A DNA stretch of 64,000 nt from Candidatus Poseidoniaceae archaeon (GTDB taxonomy: Archaea > Thermoplasmatota > Poseidoniia > Poseidoniales > Poseidoniaceae). Below, in pieces: positions 26,745-33,614 of the stretch. The stretch lies in the NCBI GenBank assembly GCA_028353405.1, contig JAOMOG010000001.1, positions 24,717 through 88,716 of the forward strand, written 5' to 3'. The notes beneath the pieces were generated by a model. It saw only the letters and a list, made by a program, of their open reading frames with translations. It was not told the DNA's origin and searched no databases. Both the position numbers and the translations under genes were made by a program. Numbering within the stretch: position 1 is the stretch's first letter; the number at the start of each line of letters is the position of its first letter.

Positions 26745-27677
26745 ATGTTCGGACTTGATGACATTGCCAATTTTGATTTTCCAGGATGGTTAATGGCGAG
26801 TGTATTTTCGATACATAATCCGTTTGCAGTATATCTTTGGCTAGTTGTTGGTGTGGTAATTTTAAGATTCACATTCATTATCATTCCACTCGTGAAATTA
26901 CTCAGTTTATTTAAAGGCGAGAGAAGTACGATTTTCACAGCTTTTTTTGATTTGAGGAAACTTAATTCGTCGGCCTTTAAGCCTTTAGAGCAATATATGA
27001 TATTTGAAACCTCGAGAATGATAATCCCGGGTTTTATTGCGATGTTATTGAGATTGGCAATCGGTGAATCACCACATTACGAATGGAGTTTTACCCAACT
27101 ACTAGTAGTTCTTCCTTCAATTTGCTTGTGGGTTTTATACAATATCATTGACATAAAAATTAGTAATAACACGATAGAAACAGCGACAAATCGTCTTGCT
27201 CCAACATTAACTGTTCGGGCGAAACCCCGCATTAAACCCGCTTCTATTGTTTCAGGAATCTTTTCAGGAATTGTAAAATTTAGAAAACAAGCGGAGGATG
27301 TGAGAAATATTGAGCCCGGTGAAAAATCTGAACCCTACAAAATGAACATTGAAAAGATGCGCGTAAGTTCAAATTATGATTCGGCTGATGGAATTGAAAT
27401 TGAAAGTAAGTCTATTGATAATGAAGCAGTGATTCACAACTCCAAGGAACTAGCAAAAAAAGCACAAACCATTGCTAGCAATCTGTTAGTCGATGGAAAA
27501 AGAGCTGCAATTGCGGCCGCTGGTAAAACAGCAAAATCATTTGATGACAAGTTGTCAAATCAAATAAAATCCGCATTTGAAATAGAATCAAAAATGAAAC
27601 GCATGTTTGTTTTGGATCTGTTAAATTCGTTGGGACCATTAATAATAATCTACACAATACTACCGTTTACAATCTGA
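26745..27677 (+). CDS. Polytopic membrane protein, unknown function (N-terminal TM bundle, Lys/Ala-rich soluble region, terminal TM)
   Basis: Hydrophobic segments at the N-terminus. The hydrophilic 'KELAKKAQTIASNLLVDGKRAAIAAAGKTAKS' region is followed by a last TM 'LGPLIIIYTILPFTI'. Confidence 0.6.
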   Translation: MFGLDDIANFDFPGWLMASVFSIHNPFAVYLWLVVGVVILRFTFIIIPLVKLLSLFKGERSTIFTAFFDLRKLNSSAFKPLEQYMIFETSRMIIPGFIAMLLRLAIGESPHYEWSFTQLLVVLPSICLWVLYNIIDIKISNNTIETATNRLAPTLTVRAKPRIKPASIVSGIFSGIVKFRKQAEDVRNIEPGEKSEPYKMNIEKMRVSSNYDSADGIEIESKSIDNEAVIHNSKELAKKAQTIASNLLVDGKRAAIAAAGKTAKSFDDKLSNQIKSAFEIESKMKRMFVLDLLNSLGPLIIIYTILPFTI

Positions 27678-27689
27678 TGAGGGAATCAA

Positions 27690-28442
27690 ATGTCCGAACT
27701 AACTTTAATCCAACTATGCGTAATTACGGTTTCGTGTTCAATCATTCCCCGCGGCATTATTTCGGTGATGAAAATTGCTGAAATGCTTTCAAATATTAAA
27801 AAAGAAATTTTTTCCCCTGAAGGCAAAGGTTCTATTCTCAAAGAATTTTGTAAACAAGAACTTGTATTGATTTTTCTATCAATAAGTTCACTTATGTTAG
27901 TTTCTCAATTAGAGACACTTGATCCAGGATACTATACAATACTTCCAGATGAATTCAAAGTATTAACACTATTAGTCCTAGGTAGTTGGTGTTTATTTGA
28001 ACTCATTTTGACATTAAAGTTATATCAAAAACTAGATACAATAACGAATCCCAAAAATGCTTTACTATCAGTAATGGAGCAATCTGTCACACCTGCAATG
28101 AAAATGGCAATGAAGGTACAAGGTGGACCCAAGAAAGCAGTAATAAGAGCAGCAAAAATGGGTGTAGTAAAAATAACACAAAAGAAATTATCAGAAAACG
28201 AGGACGCCGAACCGAGTGCAGCATCTAATATCGCATTGAAAGCAGTTAATGTTGCTGAAACGATTCTGACTCTCCCCGAAAAAATAATTGATAAGGGAAT
28301 GGAACTGACCAAAAAATATCAAGAATCAAAAGCGAAAAAGTTAGAAAAATATCCAGAAAGAAGTGTCAAAACAACATTGTTACTGATTTGTTGGTCAATT
28401 TTACCTGTAGCCTATATCGTTTTGTTGTCCTATGCACTTTGA
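27690..28442 (+). CDS. Polytopic membrane protein with the same overall build as the preceding ORF
   Basis: GAGGGA SD. N-terminal TMs, a Lys/Ala-rich 'AMKMAMKVQGGPKKAVIRAAKMGVVK' region and a terminal TM 'LLLICWSILPVAYIVLLSYAL'. Confidence 0.6.
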   Translation: MSELTLIQLCVITVSCSIIPRGIISVMKIAEMLSNIKKEIFSPEGKGSILKEFCKQELVLIFLSISSLMLVSQLETLDPGYYTILPDEFKVLTLLVLGSWCLFELILTLKLYQKLDTITNPKNALLSVMEQSVTPAMKMAMKVQGGPKKAVIRAAKMGVVKITQKKLSENEDAEPSAASNIALKAVNVAETILTLPEKIIDKGMELTKKYQESKAKKLEKYPERSVKTTLLLICWSILPVAYIVLLSYAL

Positions 28443-28508
28443 TTGAATGCGATATTAGCCGCCATGTTGAAGAATTGCCGGCGCTGACCCATGAACAGAG
28501 GGGATACG

Positions 28509-29225
28509 ATGTCACTACTCATTCTGATGCGCCACGGTCAATCAATGTGGAACGCAGCCAAGTTATTCACAGGATGGGTTGATGTTCCATTAACCAATGT
28601 TGGAATCGATGAAGCTATCCAAGGTGGCAAAGATATCGCTCACCTGGAAATTGACGAAGTTCATACTTCAACTCTAATCCGAGCGCAAATGACCGCAATG
28701 ATCGCACTAGCCCAGCACAATGGTGGTAAAACTCCTGTATTCCAATATACTCAACCAGAAGGTGGAGTTGAAAATGTTTCACAAAATGAGGCAAGAATGA
28801 TTCAATGGGCTCAAATCAACGGTGATCAGTCTTCCAACAACATTCTACCTATTTTTGTTTCATGGCAATTAAATGAAAGAATGTATGGTGATTTACAAGG
28901 ACTCAATAAAGACGATACTCGTCAGAAATATGGTGATGAACAAGTTCACATTTGGAGACGTTCATTTGACGTACCACCTCCGAATGGCGAATCTCTTGAA
29001 TTAACTGCAGAACGAACACTACCTTATCTTAAACAATCCATTATTCCTTCTTTACAATCTGGAAAAAATGTATTCGTTGCAGCTCATGGTAACTCACTAA
29101 GAAGTATTATTATGTCTCTTGAAGGATTAAGCCGTGAACAAGTTCTATCATTAGAAGTTCCAACAGGAAGTCCAATCGTATACGAATTTAGCGATGATCA
29201 ATGGAATCGATTACAATCATTCTAG
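28509..29225 (+). CDS. gpmA: 2,3-bisphosphoglycerate-dependent phosphoglycerate mutase
   Basis: 'LLILMRHGQSMWNAAKLFTGWVDVPLT' (RHG motif), 'ERMYGDLQGLNK' and 'VAAHGNSLR'. Confidence 0.9.
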   Translation: MSLLILMRHGQSMWNAAKLFTGWVDVPLTNVGIDEAIQGGKDIAHLEIDEVHTSTLIRAQMTAMIALAQHNGGKTPVFQYTQPEGGVENVSQNEARMIQWAQINGDQSSNNILPIFVSWQLNERMYGDLQGLNKDDTRQKYGDEQVHIWRRSFDVPPPNGESLELTAERTLPYLKQSIIPSLQSGKNVFVAAHGNSLRSIIMSLEGLSREQVLSLEVPTGSPIVYEFSDDQWNRLQSF

Positions 29226-29246
29226 AGAATTGCGATAGGTGAGAAT

Positions 29247-29783
29247 ATGGTAAAGTCTCTACCTAAAGTAAAAAGAAATCTACTCATCGTAGTATTGCTA
29301 TGTTCACCTTGGTTTGCTTGCCAAGTTTGGATTCAGGTTTCTGCACCGAACGAAGCTTGGACTTCGATGCCAACCTGTCCTACCGATTCACAGAACTGCG
29401 TTCATTTAGGAGGAGGCACTTCACAATACAGAATTCCAACAAATATGAGTTCTGAATTACAATCGAATGCTACAACAGTTTGGTTATCGTTGCTTGAGTG
29501 GGTAGATTCTAATGATATAGAAACTCTGCACAAAGAAACTAATGGCACATCCGATTATTATGTTCATTTAGTCCAGAGGACCACATTTTTTAGGTTCCCT
29601 GACGACTTAGTGGTACGAATTACTCAGAATGAAACTGGCGATACAAGTCAAGCATTATCTGGTTCAGTAATAGAAATTCATTCACAAAGTCGTTTAGGAA
29701 CATATGATTCAGGTGAAAATACTCGTCGCTTGGAATTGCTTCATAGTCACTTGAGTGATGCTGAATCAGTTTGGGATTATTAG
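29247..29783 (+). CDS. Secreted DUF1499-like protein
   Basis: Signal-like N-terminus. 'RFPDDLVVRI...IEIHSQSRLGTYDSGENTRRLELL' resembles the DUF1499 core. Confidence 0.5.
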   Translation: MVKSLPKVKRNLLIVVLLCSPWFACQVWIQVSAPNEAWTSMPTCPTDSQNCVHLGGGTSQYRIPTNMSSELQSNATTVWLSLLEWVDSNDIETLHKETNGTSDYYVHLVQRTTFFRFPDDLVVRITQNETGDTSQALSGSVIEIHSQSRLGTYDSGENTRRLELLHSHLSDAESVWDY

Positions 29784-30409
29784 AGTTCAGCAGAGATTAT
29801 AACAACCATCACAATAAGTGGTAATATTATTGCTACTAAATTGGCTATGAGTGCAGATTTCACTTTCTCTGCTTCTGGGTGACCTGGTTCAGTAGCTCCA
29901 ATGTTTAATTTAGTCGCCATACTGATTGCTCCAACTAAACTGATTAGCCAACATATGCCAGGGCCCATGAATCCAAAAATCGTAGAGACGATGCCCATTA
30001 TTAGCCAATCTTTTGCATATATTTTCTTGTATGATCTCGCATGTTGCACAGGGATGTTGAATGGAGAAGCACCTTGACTCATTTGCGGATTAACAGTCCC
30101 CATCATTACTGGTTGAGGTGGTTGGTACATCACTTGAGGCCGAGGTTGTGGAGGTTGAGTTGTCACCTGCGGCTGAGGTTGTGGAGGTTGAGTTGTCACC
30201 TGCGGCTGAGGTTGTGGAGGTTGTTTTGTCACCTGTGGCTGAAAAGGGACCTCAGTTGCAGCAGGCCCAACATCACCTTGTACTACACTATCCTGAATAT
30301 TCACGGTAATATTCTGTATCACTGTTTGAGGCGGAGCTTCACCCCAAGGAGAATTTGCTACAGGAACATCGTCATCTGCTGGTTGCACAACTACGGCTAT
30401 GCGTATCAA
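29780..30409 (-). CDS. Membrane protein with an N-terminal Pro/Gln-rich tandem repeat and a C-terminal two-TM domain
   Basis: 'QVTKQPPQPQPQVTTQPPQPQPQVTTQPPQPRPQVMYQPPQP' is followed by TMs 'LIMGIVSTIFGFMGPGICWLISLVGAI' and 'LIANLVAIILPLIVMVVII'. Confidence 0.7.
   Translation of the reverse strand: MIRIAVVVQPADDDVPVANSPWGEAPPQTVIQNITVNIQDSVVQGDVGPAATEVPFQPQVTKQPPQPQPQVTTQPPQPQPQVTTQPPQPRPQVMYQPPQPVMMGTVNPQMSQGASPFNIPVQHARSYKKIYAKDWLIMGIVSTIFGFMGPGICWLISLVGAISMATKLNIGATEPGHPEAEKVKSALIANLVAIILPLIVMVVIISAEL
30142..30240. repeat. 33-bp coding tandem repeat, 3 copies (two identical, third with 3 mismatches), plus a degenerate copy upstream
   Basis: gaggttgtggaggttgagttgtcacctgcggct occurs at 30142-30174 and 30175-30207. 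A variant copy lies at 30208-30240. Confidence 0.95.
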
Positions 30410-30534
30410 ACTTAAATTATTCTCCGCTCATTGGAATAAAACTTCTTTTCATCAAATGATTTTAAATGCCTTTAGCGCTTAATCACAACAGACGGACTAC
30501 ATGGCCTCGGCTCAAATCCGGTTTGGTGGAAAAT

Positions 30535-30933
30535 ATGGCAAATAGAAAAGACAATCCTAATGAATACAAATTTGGTCGCAACCACCGCCTCAAAGTGAAG
30601 AAAGGTAAGGGCAAAGTAAACAACCAAAATCATAGAACAATGAGTTCATTTGGTTCAAATAATTATGGCAACGATAATAATTACAAGCAAATTGATTTGC
30701 ATAATAATGCTTTACATCAAGCCAAGGATAGAATTAAAGATGAATTAAGAGATGCATATTCAGATTCCTTGCCTGGAGTCAAATTCATCCACGGTAATAA
30801 TAATGGAACTGCAATAAGAGATTGGTTGCGTAGTGAATCATTCCTACAATTCATTTCCAGCAAAAAAATGACTGCTAATCCGTGGTATAATAGTGACGGA
30901 GTTACTAATGTTTCATTTGGAATAAAGAATTGA
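30535..30933 (+). CDS. Smr-domain-like protein with a basic/Asn-rich N-terminal region
   Basis: 'IDLHNNALHQAKDRIKDELRDA...VKFIHGNNNGTAIRDWLRS' parallels the Smr pattern LDLHG...IIHGKGxG...wL. Confidence 0.5.
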   Translation: MANRKDNPNEYKFGRNHRLKVKKGKGKVNNQNHRTMSSFGSNNYGNDNNYKQIDLHNNALHQAKDRIKDELRDAYSDSLPGVKFIHGNNNGTAIRDWLRSESFLQFISSKKMTANPWYNSDGVTNVSFGIKN

Positions 30934-30937
30934 ATTT

Positions 30938-31633
30938 TTATTCATCATAAGCCTGCCAATCATCTTGACCAGGTTCTCTATACCACCAATAGCCATCTTC
31001 ATCTTCAAACCATTCGACACCATTTTCATCAATAGAATAGCCTTCTTCCTCCTCCTCTTCATCTGGATTCACAAGACCAGACTCTTCAGCGAATTTCTTT
31101 TTGATATCACCGATATCATCTTCAGCACCTGCAAACACTCGATGCTCAGTACGGATTTCTGACTGATGGTCTCCAGCAGCTATTGCCTCATCGGATTCTG
31201 CGTAGAATTCATCGGTCATACGCGCTTTAAAATCATCAAATTCATCACGTCCATAACTTCCAACAAATTCTTCACCGCTAGCAGTCATCAAGTCATCAAG
31301 ATTCTTTCTCTTACCACGCTTTAATTCCGGAGCATCGGGAACGTCACCAGCATAAAACGCATCCTCTTCTTCAGAGATTTTAGGAAAAGTTCTACCATTA
31401 GGATCAACTTCCTCAATCGCTTCAATAATTAGGTCATGTTCCTCTTCATCAATGTTTTCTTCTTTGAAATTTTGACCGACGATTTGGACTAGTTTTTTGA
31501 GATGCTTTGCGAGTTTCGTTTCATTCCCACTGTTTTCTTTGACGAGCTTCTCAACCTGTTTGAGTAACCTTTCGTACGGGCTTCCGGTTATCGCCCCGAA
31601 AATCCGCCCAAGACCCCCCTTCTTCTTCGCCAT
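30938..31633 (-). CDS. Highly acidic soluble protein with a WW-like C-terminal Trp motif, unknown function
   Basis: ATG at 31633 (MAKKKGGLGRIF). Long D/E-rich sequence ends in 'GVEWFEDEDGYWWYREPGQDDWQAYDE'. Confidence 0.65.
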   Translation of the reverse strand: MAKKKGGLGRIFGAITGSPYERLLKQVEKLVKENSGNETKLAKHLKKLVQIVGQNFKEENIDEEEHDLIIEAIEEVDPNGRTFPKISEEEDAFYAGDVPDAPELKRGKRKNLDDLMTASGEEFVGSYGRDEFDDFKARMTDEFYAESDEAIAAGDHQSEIRTEHRVFAGAEDDIGDIKKKFAEESGLVNPDEEEEEEGYSIDENGVEWFEDEDGYWWYREPGQDDWQAYDE

Positions 31634-31731
31634 GTGACAGCCTTTGCCAAACACCCTCTTCAAAGATTCCGCTAAAGTGTTTGAAGATAACCGCCCTTAT
31701 CATCTGTGAGGGATTGGCCAAACTGAGCGAG

Positions 31732-32460
31732 ATGGTTGAACAGTGGCTTGTAGATTTGATGGCATCTTATAATGCTGAATCTTTAGCCAAAAAAGAGCAA
31801 TATAGCGCGCAGGTGCATATGCGGGGGCATTTGTTTGAAGAACTGGTCTGGTGGGCACTGCAGGCTTTACCCGATGAGATCTTAGTTGGATTAGATGTTG
31901 ATTCCAAGTCAGCGAATAGACTTGACGTTGAAACCAAATATCGTAGTTTTAGTCATCGACGGAATTTATTTCAGGGCCAAGGATACATAATTAATGAAGC
32001 TAGAATTGTTAATCGCGGAGATTCATATTCAGTTCATCACCTTCCTGAAGAATGGACTGATGGACTTTTCTCAGGAGATAGAGGTTCGAGGGCTGGAAGA
32101 TTTACTCATTGGTTGCATACACATCCAAATGCTCCAGCAATCCCTAGTAATGCTGATGCTGATGCGGCTCAAGAGACAAATGGGGTCGACATGATTCTTG
32201 GTTTAAGATTCAGCCCCGAAGGCCCACTTCCTTGGTTTGATGATGTTGAAGGTCAAAGAAGAACAATGGGTGATGCTGCAAAGGTAGTAAAGAAATCAGG
32301 CAAGAAAAGGCGCTCTTTTTTTGCAAGAAATAGTCTACCAGTACTCGGGGTAGCACCGAGCGGGCATAAAATTCATGAATTACAATTAATTGCATTTCAC
32401 AAATCAGGTGTGGGAATAAATGTGATATTGGTAGATGAAGAGGGATATCCAATTGAATAA
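31732..32460 (+). CDS. JAB/MPN (JAMM) domain protein, second in the window
   Basis: Complete JAMM set: upstream 'ALPDEILVGL' (E) and 'HWLHTHPNAPAIPSNAD' (H-x-H-x7-S-x2-D). It is divergent from the acidic protein gene. Confidence 0.75.
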   Translation: MVEQWLVDLMASYNAESLAKKEQYSAQVHMRGHLFEELVWWALQALPDEILVGLDVDSKSANRLDVETKYRSFSHRRNLFQGQGYIINEARIVNRGDSYSVHHLPEEWTDGLFSGDRGSRAGRFTHWLHTHPNAPAIPSNADADAAQETNGVDMILGLRFSPEGPLPWFDDVEGQRRTMGDAAKVVKKSGKKRRSFFARNSLPVLGVAPSGHKIHELQLIAFHKSGVGINVILVDEEGYPIE

Positions 32461-32504
32461 TAATAAAAATTGTATTTTCTGCAAACACAATATTACAATA
32501 ACAA

Positions 32505-32888
32505 ATGCACACTCGGAAGTTCATGCACCCATCCTACAACGTCTTAGGTACAAAATTAGAACTTTGTTCAAATGACCCAGTAACAGGCTGGTTTAGAGAT
32601 GGTTGCTGTAACACAGACGATAACGACAGAGGCCTACACACAGTATGTTGTGTCTTGACGGAAGAGTTTCTAGAATTTGCAAAGTTGCGAGGAAATGACT
32701 TGATCACACCTGCTCCACAGTTTGGTTTTCCTGGATTGAAAGCAGGTGACCAATGGTGTGTTTGCGCTCAAACTTGGCATGATGCATGTGAAGAAGGAGT
32801 CGCATGTCCAGTAGTTTTAGAAGCAACACATGAAGAAACACTGCAAATTACAACAATTCAATTGCTTGAGCAGTATGCACACAAGTGA
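32505..32888 (+). CDS. DUF2237-family Cys-rich protein
   Basis: 'CSNDPVTGWFRDGCCNTDDNDRGLHTVCCVLTEEFLEF...GDQWCVCAQTW' is the typical DUF2237 pattern. Confidence 0.7.
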   Translation: MHTRKFMHPSYNVLGTKLELCSNDPVTGWFRDGCCNTDDNDRGLHTVCCVLTEEFLEFAKLRGNDLITPAPQFGFPGLKAGDQWCVCAQTWHDACEEGVACPVVLEATHEETLQITTIQLLEQYAHK

Positions 32889-32900
32889 AGTGGTGATATC

Positions 32901-33233
32901 ATGAAAGAATTATCAGACAAGCAATGTATTCCGTGCAAGGGCGGAGTGCCGCCATTATCTGCCTCTGAAATGGCTCCATTGCTTATTCAACTAAATCCAG
33001 ATTGGCAAATAGTGGATGGTCATCATCTATTCCGTGTATGGAGTTTTGATGATTTTGAGAGTGCATTACAATTCACAAATGATGCTGGTGCAATATGTGA
33101 ACAGGAAGGTCATCATGCGAATTTTGAATTGTCATGGGGTCGAGTCAGTGCTCAAATTTGGACCCATAAAATTGATGCTTTAGTGGAAGCAGATTTCATC
33201 CTCGCAGCAAAATTCGATACGTTGACGAATTAG
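32901..33233 (+). CDS. Pterin-4-alpha-carbinolamine dehydratase (PCD/DCoH)
   Basis: 'CIPCKGGVPPLS...FDDFESALQFTNDAGAICEQEGHHANFELSWGRVSAQIWTHKIDALVEADFILAAKFD' matches the PCD fold signature (HHP/HHA ... TH). Confidence 0.8.
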   Translation: MKELSDKQCIPCKGGVPPLSASEMAPLLIQLNPDWQIVDGHHLFRVWSFDDFESALQFTNDAGAICEQEGHHANFELSWGRVSAQIWTHKIDALVEADFILAAKFDTLTN

Positions 33234-33243
33234 AAAATCGATT

Positions 33244-33594
33244 TCATGGCCAAAACTCAAGGCTTGGCAAATCAAATTTGATGATTCCTTCATCTGCTCC
33301 AATGCTTAGCATCTTGTCGTTGGCTCTTTGTTCACTCGACATCGCAATGATCTTGTTTGGTCGTTTATCCTCTCCACGCTTGACAGCATCGTTGAGTGCG
33401 ACTAATACATCATATCCACGAGTTGGTGGCATGAAGTGGTCAAGCAACAATACATCTGGTGAAAATTGTTTTATTTTTTCTAAGAAATCTGTTGATGTCC
33501 AATACTGTACAAATTCAATATTGGTCATGTCAATAGAACCGCTGATGAGTAGGGCTTCAATGTCATATCCGTCTTCAAAGGCAAGAACTTTCAT
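33244..33594 (-). CDS. Stand-alone CheY-like response-regulator receiver domain
   Basis: 'MKVLAFEDGYD...DVLLLDHFMPPTRGYDVLVAL...IIAMSS' has the acidic pocket and the phospho-acceptor Asp context. Confidence 0.75.
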   Translation of the reverse strand: MKVLAFEDGYDIEALLISGSIDMTNIEFVQYWTSTDFLEKIKQFSPDVLLLDHFMPPTRGYDVLVALNDAVKRGEDKRPNKIIAMSSEQRANDKMLSIGADEGIIKFDLPSLEFWP

Positions 33595-33614
33595 TTTGCC
33601 CTCTCCACAATCAC

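Noticed and set aside
25389-28490. Integrated virus/plasmid or genomic island interpretation with attachment-site repeats
   Set aside because: No integrase, recombinase, capsid or replication gene is present. The only shared flank sequence I found is a trivial 7-mer (GATTGAA at about 25411 and 28440), and no tRNA is adjacent. The idea is kept only as a compositional suspicion in the findings.
30118-30415. The 33-bp direct repeats as a possible CRISPR array, and + strand ORFs of 63 and 124 aa across them
   Set aside because: The units are contiguous with no spacers, are in frame, and encode a PQPQPQVT peptide repeat of the minus-strand protein. The + strand ORFs are repeat shadows (LRLWRLSCH... 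periodic nonsense).
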